Assembly: GCA_043228905.1 (NCBI GenBank)
Contig: JBHGNT010000006.1
Span: 7,316,001 to 7,380,000 of the forward strand
DNA: 64,000 bases
DNA from: Azolla caroliniana
Taxonomy: Eukaryota > Plantae > Polypodiophyta
Direction of reading: 5' to 3'
Positions 21,866-35,089 of the stretch are shown here, in pieces. The first letter of the stretch is position 1, and the number at the start of each line of letters is the position of its first letter. A model generated the notes under the pieces. That model worked only from the letters and a program-made list of their open reading frames with translations. It was not told where the DNA came from and did no database searches. A program made the position numbers and the translations under genes.

Positions 21866-24800
21866 TGTCGCGTTGTTACGCACGTGTGTGTAGAAGGGGC
21901 GGGACCACGGGGGTCTTGAACCGAGGAGCGAGAGAGAGAGAGAGAGAGAGATTTGTAGATACGCGAAGCGAGAAGGAGAGATATAGAACGTAATACTTGG
22001 TTTCAATAACAAGAGATTACAACGACAAGAGAATACAAGGGGTTACAAGAGAATACGACTCTGACGGTTACAACCGACAAGGCGGTGATGGTCCCAACAC
22101 GGGGATCCTACTCACACACACAGACAACACTCGCTCGACTCCTAGAAACAAAACAAAGGGGGGAGAGCCTCTGCTGGAAGTGCACGGGCTGTCCACGAAG
22201 CAGAGCCAGTGAGTTCCCGACCCACAAAGACCGACGGTCGGAGGAGAAGAGAGAGCTCGGCACTCAGATCTGCAGCAACACTTCGTCCTCCCTAGCGCAC
22301 GATATCCTCCTCTCTCCTCTCTCTTCTCCTTTTTATATCCCCATCCCCTTGTCAATTCGCTTTATTCCCTATCCCTCCTGACAGAGATACGCACAATCCC
22401 CTAATAAACGTGTACAACTTAATATTTACATCCACCGATCCATTTATGAGTCGTGTACAAAATATCAATTCATGCGTCCATCGGTGTAAGAGCCGGTTCA
22501 TGTGCTTTTCTCTCCGATTCCGCCTATGGCCGGTTTTCTTCACGACATCCACCCCCACCAAACCGCGCATCCACTAGCATGCACCAGAGACGGGTAGATA
22601 CCAAAGAAAACCGGCCTCACTCATTGCTCTCCGATTCCCCGCCGGGCCCGAACTGATCATCGTTGTCGCTCCCGCTCGCAGGCTTCGGCTCGTCCTCGAA
22701 CCTCTTCTTGAACGCTTTGATCCGCTTCCCGGCCACCGGCACCGCTAACCGTGTCCCGTCGAGTTTCGCGAGGTGGTACGGGCCATTGTCGTTCGCGCTC
22801 GTTACCATGTAGGGCCCGAACCACCTACTGGCAAACTTTTACACCGCCTTGTGCTGATTGTCGAGGCTGCTATCGTATACCAAGACCTAGTCGCCTTCCT
22901 CGATCTTCTTTGGTCGCAACCGGTGCGTCCGGTTGAACCGGGTCTTGTTTTGCTCCCTTGCCGCCCGCAGCTTTTCCTTCGCCTGTTTCACATCCTCCGG
23001 CCTCCGCTCGAGTTGTCGGATCCGCGCCGCCAACAACTCCTCCCGGCTCATTTCGTCCTTCCAATCTACTGCCCAGGAAGAAACCGTCTGTTCCACCAGC
23101 ATGATCGGCTTCTGTCCGTTCATCAGCTCTACCGGCATAAACCCTATCACCGAACTGTGTGTAGTTTGGTTCGCCCATAGTGCGTAAGGAAGGAGCCGCG
23201 GTCAATTCCCGACCTGCCCTCCGCATGCACGCACCAACGCCTTTACGATAGGCCCGTGCCCACGTTCTACCTTTCCGTTCGCCTCCGGATTGTACGCCAT
23301 AGTGAGGGAGAGTTTGAGGCCTAGCCGGTCGAATAGCTCCTCAGCTTCCCGTGCATCCAGCTCTTCCCGGTCCACCATGATCTTCCTGACGCACCCATAC
23401 CGACACACTACCTCTTCGATCAGGAACCAGCATACCACCGCGGTTGTCTTGTTCTGCAGTGCACGGCCTTCCACCTGGTTCGTTAAGTCTTCCCGTGCAA
23501 GCACCAAGTATCGCATCTGCCCTACTCCCATCGGCATCGTCACCAAGTCCACCATCCACTTGGAATGGACTGTAGGCGGGTAGGTCGAGTGTAGCTCGTC
23601 CCGGTGTCGGACTACGGAGTGCATCTGACAGCTTTCGCAAGTCATTACGAACCGATGCACGTCCTAGTACAGCCCCAGCCACCAGTACTTCTCCTTCAGC
23701 TTCTCGAACATGGCCCACGTTCCACGGTGTCCGGCCTAGGGGCTCTCGTGAAATTCCGCCAGTAGTTTCCCCTGTTCTTCTTTCTTTGCCACAACTCGTA
23801 GTGGGATGCCGTTTCTCTTCTTTGGGTGCCTCTATATGCACCCGTCCCGTAGGAAGAATCGGAACGCCTTCTTCCATACCCGGCTCGCCTCCTCTCTCAC
23901 CCATGCTGCGTCCAGTGTCATCGTCCGTAGGAACCTCCCGATTTGGAGCCACTTCCCGTCGTGCTTGCTTTCGTCAAATTCGGTAAGCGTCGGAGTGTTC
24001 CTTTTCCTCGTCGATACTTTAGCCGACCCGAAGTAATCATCGCCGACTTCTTCGTCATCCAAAACCATGCCTCTTCATCGTTGAACCTTGCCCTCGAAAG
24101 CATGTCGATCATGGTGTTGTCCTTTCCGGAGATGTGTCGTATCTCCGGATTTAGGGACTTAATGTACGCTATCCACCGGAGCATTGCTAGGTCTGGCGTC
24201 GCGCACCCGGAAACCATGCAGAGTATCGGCAGGCAGTCCATCTCAATGATCACCTCCGTCCCAATCAGATAATCCTTGTCGGCCTTGACTGCCGAAACGA
24301 CACCCCAAAGTTTGCGCTTAACGTGGCCGTATCCTAGCTGCCACTCGCTCAATACCTTCGCCCCGAACTGGATCAGGAATCGTACGTCGTCCTTGTCCTC
24401 CTGACTGATTACCCACCCGATCCCGGTCGGGCTGGTGTCCACTATCACGCAGATGGGAACATCCTTGCCGTAAACCACTTTACAGAGAGCCGGTGCTACC
24501 GTAAGCGCCTCCTTTAGTCTCTGTACTGACTCCGTGTGCTCCATCCTCTACTCAAAGCTATGCCCCTTTTTCAATAGTCCGTAGAGGGGTTCCGCGACAT
24601 TCGCGTAGTGCGGGATCCAGATGTGGTAGAACGCGCATGCTCCCAAGAATCTACGGACCTCCATGACCGAATTGCAGTCATGTTTCATTGCGGAGATGGC
24701 TTCCACCTTGGCCGGAGACGGTTTCCGACCGTATGGTCTGCATAGGTGCCCGACGACCATGATCTCTGATTGCCCGAAGGCCGATTTTTCCCCGGAGAAG

Positions 24801-27800
24801 GTGAGCCTCGCGCCTTCTAGTCTCTGCAGCACCTTCTCGCAGTCATCGATGTGAGTCGCCACGAAGTTCCTGCATCCGTCCAGTTCGATTGTCTCGTTCC
24901 TTTCCTCCACCGGGCATCCCCTGATCGGGATGTCGTCTAAGAATGGCATGGTGATGTCCGGGATACAATCCCTGAGCACTTTGTTCATCGCGTTCACCAT
25001 GTGAGCCACTGAGTTCGTCCCTCCTTGTGGCAGGATACACATCCGCACTAGGCCGAGAGGAGTCCGCATCGTCGTAATGTCTCTGCTCTCCACGACTAGT
25101 TGGAACTGATCGTACCCCGAGTACAGATCACCGACAGAATAGACCGACCTTCCAGCGAAGGCCTCCGCGAACTCGTCTATGGTCGGTCTGATCCCTGCAT
25201 TACGGATGGTCACCTTGTTGACCGGTTGCAGGTCCTGAATGAAGCGCAACGTGCCATTCTTCTTCGGCACCGTAAACCACCGATTCGAATACAGGGCACT
25301 CGACGGTTTGAGGACGCCCATCTCCACCTTTTGCTTCAGGAGCTCCACCTTTTGCTTCGGGATGTGAGCTCTCGGCACCATAATCGGCTTGAGATTCCAC
25401 GGTACATGCGGTACCGTGAAGATCACCATCGGTTCGACAACTCTCGGGTCTACGCACCCGATCTCCTCCGGTGAGAATACGAAAGCCTTCTCGTGCCTCC
25501 CGAGCATTCTCCGAAACCGGTCCTCCTCCACTGGCAGTAGAAAACCGCCCCCACCGACCTTGAGCTCCCGTATCATTATGTCGGTGAACCGGTGCCCTAT
25601 GCCAGCCGGGTTCCGTAAACTTGGGTCCGACGCGACCCCTTTTATCCGCTCCTCATTGCCCTCCGGCAAGGGTGCCGCGACTGGCCTTACCTTCCGGTCC
25701 ATAGTCTTGTACTTTGTATCCATGCGGGCCGTCTGATCCGACCCAATCCTTTCCCCGAAGTCTGCGATGACTTCGTACATTCCCATTGACCCTACCGGAA
25801 CAGTCCGGTCTTCTCTAAGGTCTTCACCTATAACCTTTCGCAGTTCGCCCAAGGTGTCGTCAAAAGAGACCGCCTCCACGGCGCCGCTGATGTCTTCGTC
25901 GGGGAAGAGGACTCCGCATCCCCTGAGCCGCTCCTCCACTTGCTTCCTCTCCCGGCCGCTGACGCCGGTTATAGTACAACCTCCGTTGTCGGAGAACCAA
26001 AATTTCCTACCTATGGTACAGGTCTTCTTCCATACTATACATTTGTGGGGTTCTTCCCGAGTGTCCGGACTATCGCGGCCCCACGCCTTGATAGCCCTCT
26101 CTAAAAATCCCCTCGGGTTTCGCCGCCGAGGGCCTCGTGGTTTGGTCGCACCGTTAGGAACTGGACCGAGTGACGCTCGTCCTGGCTCTTGACTCTTGCA
26201 TAGGCTGAACCATTGTCCAACACGTTGGTCTCCATCCGCGCCGCCGTGATATATGGCTCTCCTAGTATAACCGGATGCGAGGACGTCTCTTGCACGAAGA
26301 AGTGTTGGTCGATCTCGACATCGCTGATCTTCACCCGTACGTTCGGACAGGCCCCATGTAGTTCTTCTTAGCGCGCGTCGTTGCCCGTATCTTCTAGCCA
26401 TGCTTGGTGTTGATCGGCCATTTACCCTTCTTGTAGAAATCCATGGACATCAGGTTGGTTTCGGATCCATGGTCTACCAACGCCACCACCGGTTCCAGAA
26501 CGTTGCCGATCCGTACAGGGGTTTCCGTAGTTGCCCTAGCCCAATGCGGCTTCGTGTAGTGGCTTCCCGCCAGCTCGTCTTCTAGGGCTTCGTCTTCCAG
26601 GTGCGTGGTCCGCACCTCCACCAGCTTCTCCGGTTCCGGCTCCGTCGAGAGCCTCTTCCGCTTCACCAAGTCTACGATAGAGTCGTGGAACTCCCTCTTG
26701 GCGATTCCCAGCACCTCCCGCAATGACAGCTCCACTTTGCTGTCGAGGATACGTTCCTCCAAGACCTTTCGCAGGTCTGTGGTTCTTTCGATTTCAGTGC
26801 TCAACCGAAACCCCGCCTGCTTCTTCCCGTCTGGCGCGCCTGGGTTGCCGGCATCAGTCGGTTTCGGTCCGAACCGGGTCTCATACCTCTGCGGGGGACC
26901 GACCCCTCCGGCCTTTCCTGCCCGTTTGTCCTCCACCAGAACCTCGTAGTTCTGGCAAGCAGCCTCTACGAAGCTCATTTTCTCCTCGACCGGATCGTCC
27001 CAACCGGTGACCTCCTGGACCCGCTGTTCCGCGCGGTCCGCCTCTTCCTTCTTCAGCCGAACTCCAGAGAGGCCTTCTAGCACTAGCGGCCAGAATCCGG
27101 AGTCCTTCGCCTTCCGGGTCTCATCACCTCCGATCCGAATTCCCGCCGACACTGAGTAGTTAACGGCTTCGACGTGCCGTGCCGCAGCCTCTTCCATCAA
27201 CCTCTTCATTCCGTCATGCCCCATATTCAGTTCTAGGGCTCTCCGGGTCTCGCTCACGTGCACCCGCCCGTTCCAGAGGTACACCACGTTGGTCCTGAGC
27301 GTGTCGGCGAAATCCGCGCAATCCTTCCAAATGTGACCGATCGCGTCACACCACATGCACCGCTGCCCAGTCGGCGACCTCTGGTCACGAGGTTGTTCGC
27401 CGTTGTCTCTCCGGGCATTTGCGATCTGCAGGTCGCGCACAATCTGTGTCAGCTCCTCCAGAGCCGCTCCTTTGGATGGGCCTCTAACCACGCCGTTCGA
27501 TGCCGACCTTGACTCTGGCCAGATTCGGGTCTCTTCCTTCCTACTGGGACCGGCCCCTACCCCGACGAGCTTCTGTTGCTCCAATCGCGCCGTTTGTCGA
27601 AATGGCTGCAGACCCGTTTTACCACGGCCCAGTCTGCCGTGAACGCTTCGTCCGTTTCCAATAGGGGACCCACCTTTTCCCTGTCGAGCGCGTCCACCGA
27701 CTTGACAAACAGTAGTACTCGACTTGTTTCGAGCACTGTCCGGTCCAGCGTCGACAGCCACGCGAACCGTTTTTCGAACTCCTGGAGGAGCACCGATGTG

Positions 27801-28903
27801 TTCCTCCCCTTTCCGGGGCTTTCCACCCACGCCATGAAGTCCCGCCTCGACAACCGAAGCGAGTCGTCAAACCCGTACTTCTCGAGGAGCTGCAGCTCCA
27901 ACTCCTCCCAAGTCTGGCATCCGGCCAGCACCTCGAGCACCTCCACGTGGATGCCCGACGTCACCACCCGAGGGAATCCGGACAACCGCCTGTCCACCGG
28001 AATATCCCTCATGATCATTTCGGCCCGGTAAGCCTCCAAATAACTTGTGGCGTCTTTCCCTCCGAAGCGGCCTATAGAGCCGACGATCGATTCAACGGCT
28101 CTATCGAGGGTACCCGTCCCCTCACGAGCGCTCACCAGCCGGTCGACGACCACCGCCATTGCTTCTGCTAGCTCCGATCCCCTCATCTTTCGACTCCTTT
28201 GCCGCCCCGTTCACGTCGGGTTCACCAAATATGTCGCGTTGTTGCGTGCGTGCGTGTGGAAGGGGCGGGACCATGGGGGTCTTGAACCGAGGAGCGAGAG
28301 AGAGAGAAATTTGTAGATACGCGAAGCGAGAAGGAGAGATATAGAACATAATACTTGGTTTCAATAACAAGAGATTACAACGACAAGAGAATACAAGGGG
28401 TTACAAGAGAATACGACTCTGACGGTTACAACTGACAAGGCGGCGATGGTCCCGACACAAGGATCCTACTCACACACAGACAGCACCCGCTCGACTCCTA
28501 GAAACAAAACAAAGGGGGGAGAGCCTCTGTTGGAAATGCACGGGTTGTCCACGAAGAAGAGCCAGCGAGCTCCCAACCCACAGAGACCGACAGCCGGAGG
28601 AGAAGAGAGAGCTCGGCACTCAGATCTGCAGCAGCACTTCGTCCTCCCTAGCGCGCGATATCCTCCTCTCCCCTCTCTCTTCTCCTTTTTATATCCCCAT
28701 CCCCTTGTCAATTCACTTTATTCCCTGTCCCTCCTGACAGAGATACGCACAATCCCCTAATAAACGTGCACAACTTAATATTTACATCCACTGATCCATT
28801 TATGAGTCGTGTACAAAATATCAATTCACACGTCCATCCGTGTAAGAGCCGGTTCATGCGCTTTTCTCTACGATTCCGCCTATGGCCGGTTTTCTTCACG
28901 ACA
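21866..28903 (-). mobile_element. Full-length Ty3/gypsy element A (7.0 kb, tRNA-Trp PBS, no chromodomain), mildly decayed
   Basis: LTRs 21866-22547 and 28232-28903, 4-bp TSD ACGG, PBS 28210-28227, PPT GGTGGGGGTGGA at 22548-22559. Confidence 0.95.
22620..28186 (-). pseudogene. gag (CCHC knuckle)-protease and pol (RT FLDD, RNase H, integrase) of element A with stops and frameshifts
   Basis: ORF pieces 27557-28186, 26394-27830 (CMWCDAIGHIWKDC; LVDHGSE), 24548-26110, 23918-24544, 23202-23660, 22887-23150. Confidence 0.9.
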
Positions 28904-29379
28904 ACGGGTGGTAACGGCCTCCCTCCTTGGGCTATAAAAGAGAGGGAGAGGTATTGTAAAGGGGGGAATCGTGTTTTGTGGAGGAAGAAGTGCTACCGGA
29001 CTGGAACCGAGCTCTTCTCCTCTATTGTCTCCATAGTCGTTCTGTGCAGGTTTTCGGGAGGCTGACTCTGCTCCGCGGAACGCCGAAGTGCTTCCGGCAG
29101 AGTCTCCATCTCGCGTTCTTTGTGTGTGTGTGTGTGTGTGCAGGCGTCGGAGCCTATCACTCGCCGGCTTGCCGGTTGTAACTCCTTGATTTATATATAC
29201 ATATGCATTCGTTCTATCTCCATTGTTCGGAGTTAGTTGCAACTCCTGTGAATCTATGTGTCTATGTGCGTGTGAAGTACATTGGTAGTTTCCTTCCCCT
29301 CTTCTCATTCGGTTATTTCTCGGTCCAAGGCCCCCGTGGTCCCGCCTCGTTCTCCACGCACGCGCGTAACAACGCGACA

Positions 29380-29559
29380 CCGTTGTATTCAGATTATAGT
29401 AAAGTTGTTCGGAACCTACGGTTCCCGTGGTTTTTTCCCTATTTTGGGTTTTCCACATTAAAAATTTTGGTGTACTCCCATTTTTCGTCTTGTGGTTTCA
29501 TCAAGTGTTAATTGTGTTTGAAGTTTAAATCATCTTGATTCGGATCCATATTCCCAACA
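29380..29559 (+). repeat. 3' end of a copia-type LTR into which element B inserted
   Basis: CCCGTGGTTTTTTCCC..TGGGTTTTCCAC motif shared with the copia LTR at 34426 (reverse strand); ends CCCAACA. Confidence 0.55.
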
Positions 29560-30559
29560 CATAGTTTGAACAATTTTTATCTTTGTTGTAACTTATTGAT
29601 GCAAATTTAAAGGAAAGAAGAGAAGATGCACAATGGAGTTGATCGTGTAGAAAGAATATAACTTAGAGACAAACCAAGATAAACAAAGAAGGAGAAAACA
29701 ATGTTTTTCTAATTATAGTCAATTATACTTGTAATGGAGTTACCACCTAGTGCACTCACAAATTAGAGATAGATCAAGACAAACAAACAAGGAGAAAACA
29801 ATGGTTTCTAATTATAGCCAATTATACACGTAATGGCATTGTTGTCCACTATGCTCACATATTAGAGTTTAGAAGGAGAGTGTTGGGTAGGGACATAAGT
29901 TTGCCATGACATACATAGTTTACCAATCATTATTGCCCTACTAATTGCAAGTATTAGGAGAATCTACTTGATCGTTGTTATAGGCGTAATCTTACAAACC
30001 AATTGTATAGCTAATTTTAATGGATTAAGGATAGGATAGTCAGGAAACCGGTTATCCTAGGATTTGGGACAAACTAACCTATGACACATGGGAACATGTA
30101 GTGGTTTGGGAGCCTTAGGTGTTGAGCTATATAAAGGGATCTAGATACCCCTATTGTTTGGGTGTGAGAGTGAGCAGTTAATGTGGTGGTGAGCTACTTT
30201 TCTTGTTATATAAAAGGGAGACCAAGCCTAGCTTATTAAGGGGTTCAACATGTTTTGGAGTTGGATTTTTTTAGTGTTCTTGAGAGAACTTTTCTTCTTG
30301 TTGTTTTCTTGGGTTTTTGGGATTTTCTCGAGCGAGGTGTGAGAGCGGGTATTTAGGGGGCATTGAGCCACTTTTCCTTTATGTTTCTTCTTCGCTTAGG
30401 ATTAGTTTTGGGTGTCAAGTGTGAGAATGGTTTGGGGGGTCCACTTCTCTTTATCCTCTTCTCCATCCTTGGTTTGTTTAATTAGAGTTTCTATTGACTG
30501 GAGAAGGGGTGGAAGAAGTGAACTGAGGAGGCACTCAAAGAGGAGAAGGACATGAATGA

Positions 30560-31075
30560 GGGAGTCGACACGATGACAAAAGGCGAAGCGACCATCGCCT
30601 ATGAGCTTCAACCATATAGATTAGTTGCACCCAACCTACCCACTAGCCATACTTTTCAAATGGATGGTGAACTTAGTATCCATGCCAATTGGAGTGGGGC
30701 AAATGAAATATTTGGTGCTTGTTAGGGAGGATCTTATGGACCATGTGGAAGAAAGGGCTTTGAGAAATAAACCATTGACGGTAGTGTGCAAGTTCCAACT
30801 AGAACATGTCATATGTCGACAAGGGAAGATAGTGGTGGATGGGGGAGAGTTGAATGCTAATGAATCTAGAGAGTTCTTCGATAAACTACGAGTGAAATTC
30901 TCTCTTACAAATGCATCTAACCTAGAGGCCAATGGGAAGATAGAGTGAGGACATGGTCCTGTAGTTAAGCTATTGTGAGAGTTCTCGCAGGAAGAGTTGG
31001 CCCTGATTGTCTCTTTACTCTTGGTGGGATGATAGAACCACCCACAGTTTGGTGACAGGGTCTATGCTTGCTGAA
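30560..31075 (+). pseudogene. Old integrase fragment of the tRNA-Trp gypsy family
   Basis: HPTYP..FKWMVNLVSMPIGVGQMKYLVL..ANGKIE aligns with 20554-21183. Confidence 0.8.
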
Positions 31076-31479
31076 GAATCCTTAATCGCTTATACTTTTG
31101 CTCATCACTTGTCTAATTCATAATAAGGGTTAGTCTAGTCAATTAAAGTTTCATCCATAATAATAAATAGGGTTGGTTCAGTTAAATTTGATCCATAATA
31201 ATAGGGTTGCGCTAGTCAATTATCTTGGTTAGTTCCACAATCATATGAGTATAGGAAAGACATTACTAAAATATTTTTTGGCGGTCCCGTTTCAACTAAA
31301 GCAATGTGCCAAAATCCTTCTATTGTGGGCTTACAACCATCTGTGGTCACAACATGACCTCAACATTATTCAAATTAGAATGCACCAATAGATTCTCATA
31401 TGGGGTCCATTAAAATGAAATACAAAATGTTATGTCAATAAGCTAATTGTTAGAGCAATAATTGAGTATACTCTAACAC

Positions 31480-31765
31480 CTCTTGGACCTTGGCTTCCTC
31501 ATAATCAATTCAAATTAAGTAGGCATTAACTTTTTCTTCTCTGTGCCTATATTACTTTAATAGTGATCATCTTTTTCATTTATGCAAAGGTCTCATCATA
31601 ATCAATTTTGTGTGTTTGGGTGTATACATTTATTATTAGAGAAAATTTGTACTTTTTTAGTTGTATGATCTTGCACCCATCTACATATGAGAGCTTTCTT
31701 CCATTGTGAAATTGGAACCAAGTTATGTATTTTGTTGTTTTATTGAAGTTGCGTTTTCTCATTCA
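31480..31765 (-). pseudogene. Highly decayed copia RT fragment
   Basis: ..QTHKIDYDETFA resembles the copia RT motif Q..G(I/V)D(Y/F)DE(T/I)FAPV. Confidence 0.5.
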
Positions 31766-32140
31766 TATATTCTTCACCATTTTGGGCCTTGTGCTTCTGC
31801 AAAGCTTTTTGGCTTGACGAATTATGCTATTGTCATTATGTGTGTTTAATGTTGTCGGGAAATTATGTTCATGAGTGTGAAATGTGACTGGGATTGTCGG
31901 GGACCTAAACTAAGCAATATGGGTTTGATGGTCGTGTTGATGATCTCAAAATCCTTCATAATTATCAGTTGTAATCACTCCCAACTTTCTTCAGATCTTC
32001 TAGACTTTGACACTGTACCTTTGTGTGTGTGAACTTCTATGGGTAAGTGTAAGTTTTTAAGTGTACAAGTGCACATGTAGGCATGTGAGTTTGAGTATGT
32101 CTTAACATATATGATATAAGTATATACTAATGCATCTGTC

Positions 32141-32141
<1 letters not shown>

Positions 32142-32187
<46 letters not shown>

Positions 32188-32268
32188 TGTGTGTGTCTGT
32201 GTGTCTGTGTCTGTGTCTGTGTCTGTGTGTGTGTCTGTGTGTGTGTCTGTGTGTCTGTGTGTCTGTGC
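32142..32268. repeat. (TG)n/(TGTGTC)n microsatellite
   Basis: Directly visible. Confidence 0.95.
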
Positions 32269-33434
32269 ATGTTTTTGTATGTGTGAATATGTAAGGGGCA
32301 TGTATGTATTTATGTATGCAACATCATGACAACATTGTGCTATGTGTTGTCACATTTAAATTGATTTAGCTCTTACCGTTAGTTATTTGAAAGAATTCTT
32401 GGGTGCTAGCGATAACAATGTTTTTTTTAAGGATCTAGACCAAAATGCATTCTTGATTCCAAAACTCAAAATCTATGATCTAAATCAAATCAAGAATTTA
32501 AGATAAATGAATGGATTGAACTATTGATGGTGCCACTTTGAGAGAAAGAGAACTTTAAAAACTCACTTCTCTACCTTTTCATTTTAAGAATTCAAATTTT
32601 TTAAGGGGGAGTAATGTTTTGTGTTTGAACTTTAATATATAATTTAAGTATAAATTTGTAATTGTTTTCAGAGTATATTAAAAATTGAGGCAACTCATAT
32701 AAGGTTACAACATGCAACATGTAGTGACTTGAGGGCATAAGGTGCAAGTATAAAACGAGGAGTAGCTAATCTCGTTGGGGGAAACAAATAGCTCTATCAT
32801 AATGTTGTGAGACATCGGTGTTGTGTTGAGGCAATTGCTACAATAGCATTGTGAAAACAACTTCATCTTAGGCAATAGTTAGTAGTATATTGGGATGTAT
32901 GCGTTGTTTAAAATCTCTCTCAATTCCATTGCTTGGGGGTGGTTGGGAGAAAAAGTGTCCTTAATCCATTTCTTTCCTTTAATTATGTATATTTGCTCAA
33001 TCATTAGTCAAATCCTTCACATGCAAATACTTGATACCTCCTTAACTTCCTTCAAAACATACAAGACATCGTCGACTCTTCCACACAAGAGGTTTACATA
33101 TTCTTTGCAATAGTAATCAATCAATATCAAGTCCATGTGGACAAGCTAAATCTTACACTATTGGGCTTTGACAACACACACAAAATGACAAGGATTAAAC
33201 CTTGTGCTTTGGTTCTACATAAGGAGCTTATAGAAGCATGTTGAGGAACTTCATATGATAACAATGGATATCAATAGGAAGTTATGTGTGTGATAGAAGA
33301 AGATGAGAAAGTGCATAAGAGTGAACTTCAATCAAAACTTAGATTAATATATAAAAACAAAGAGAATGACTATTAATTATCATTGTTTTAAAGGACATGA
33401 ATAGGCAATTATGTGTGTGATAATATATGTGTGT

Positions 33435-33664
33435 GAGAGAGGGGATAAGGAGAGAGATTACACATAGTGATCTTAAACAACTAAGCTTAATAGATAAAAA
33501 CAACCATAATAACAACATCATTCACCATGCCATGATATATGGCATGGTGAATGAGAGAGGGGATAAGGAGAGAGATTACACATAGTGATCTTAAACAACT
33601 AAGCTTAATAGATAAAAACAACCATAATAACAACATCATTCACCATGCCATGATATATGGCATG
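33435..33664. repeat. ~118-bp tandem duplication
   Basis: GAGAGAGGGGATAAGG...GATATATGGCATG occurs twice. Confidence 0.85.
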
Positions 33665-34907
33665 TGCAAAGGGAGAAAAACGTTTGGATGTCAAGTTGTA
33701 AAGTTTCACATTAGGTCAAGATGTATGTTTGAGGACCTTGAGAAAACTACGGAGAAGAAGATTAGTACCAACATCAAACGTGTCTCAATGCTAAGAACTG
33801 AGAATTGCAACAAATGGGTTGAGGGTTTGATACCTACTTAAGGGGACAGAGTAGGGAAGGTGATTTACAAAGTATAAAAGACGAGAATGGGGGATAGAGT
33901 AGGGAAGGTGATTTACAAAGTATAAAAGATGAGAATGAAGCACATTGTAAATACGAACACAAGGATGTATGCCTTGCCAAAATTAAAGAAAAGATCAAGT
34001 GCATACTCAAAGAAAAGGCAATGGTGCATGCTAAAAGAGACACCCTTATCATTGTCCGACAAGTTCCTAAAAGCAATATAATGAGGGAGGAGTTCACAAA
34101 ATTTGGGAGTCAAATCACCTAAACTTTGTCGACAAACAAAATTACAAGGTAGCGAATTACAAGGGCATGTGGGAGGCTTACGATGACCAATGTGACATCT
34201 TGTCGATCATGGTCTTCCCCATGACATCATTAATGATAGAGGTTCATAATTCATCTGTAAATTTAGAAACACTTGCTTTGTCTCTTCCAGAGTGATGGAA
34301 AAATCTATTCAAGCTATATCTAGAGACAAATGGTCAAATTGAACGTACCAACCAAATATTGGAGCAATATATTTGTTGTTTCATCAACTATGAATAGGAT
34401 GATTGGGTTGAGTTTTAACACTTTGTGTTGAAAACAGTGCTCGGCCACAACCGAGGAATAGGATCAACTCTCAGAAAACGGGAAATACAAAATGCACGAA
34501 GACAATAGAGAGAAGAGTACACGGGATGTTTTACGTGGAAAACCCTAAATGGGAAAAAACCACGGGAGTCCTCAAACTCCAACTATCACTATAAACAGAG
34601 ATGTACAATGGTGAAGCTACAAGGCAACAACCTTGAGCTCACTGTCTTCGCCACAGGCGGCGGTAATACACAGAGGCAACGACCTCTTCGTCTCTCTCTC
34701 TCTGTCTCTCTCTTCTCTCTCTCGGCTGCTCACTTAGCTCCCTCTAAGTGGAAAACAGAAAAATGAGCAACAACATAAAACTGTTTGCCCTAAGTCATAT
34801 TTATACACATATGACTTTCGGGCTATTTACAAATATAGCCTTAAGGGCCCTTGGCAAACATATTCACAAATATGTCCCCGCATCCGGATCTCTCTCCGGG
34901 TACATTC

Positions 34908-35020
34908 GTCATCCGGCTCCGTAGCCGGGGTCTTCATCATCCGGCTCCGTAGCCGGGGTCTTCATCATCCGGCTCCGTAGCCGGGTCTTCATCATCCGGC
35001 TCCGTAGCCGGGGTCTTCAT
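34908..35020. repeat. 4 x 27-28-bp tandem repeat in copia LTR (also about 40355-40467)
   Basis: CATCCGGCTCCGTAGCCGGGGTCTTCAT repeated. Confidence 0.9.
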
Positions 35021-35089
35021 TCCCGATTCCCGGACATCCGACCATCCCATCCGGAGGGACCGTAATCCCAACAAACTCCCCCTTCACTT

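Larger units (their letters stand above)
20535..29379 (+). mobile_element. Ty3/gypsy element B (same family): 3' part of integrase, PPT and 3' LTR (21663-21865 + 28908-29379) split by element A
   Basis: Integrase pieces (WMVDLV..ADHGE..ANGKVERE; GPY), PPT GGTGGGGGCAGA-like tract before 21663, LTR TGTCGTGG...CGCGACA. Confidence 0.85.

Noticed and set aside
16399-28760. Numerous antisense and alternative-frame ORFs over the gypsy elements (likewise over the copia at 35099-38971)
   Set aside because: Expected by-products of GC-rich retroelement coding sequence; no independent domain signal.
31975-32329. HT/VC-repeat ORFs
   Set aside because: Translation of a (TG)n microsatellite.
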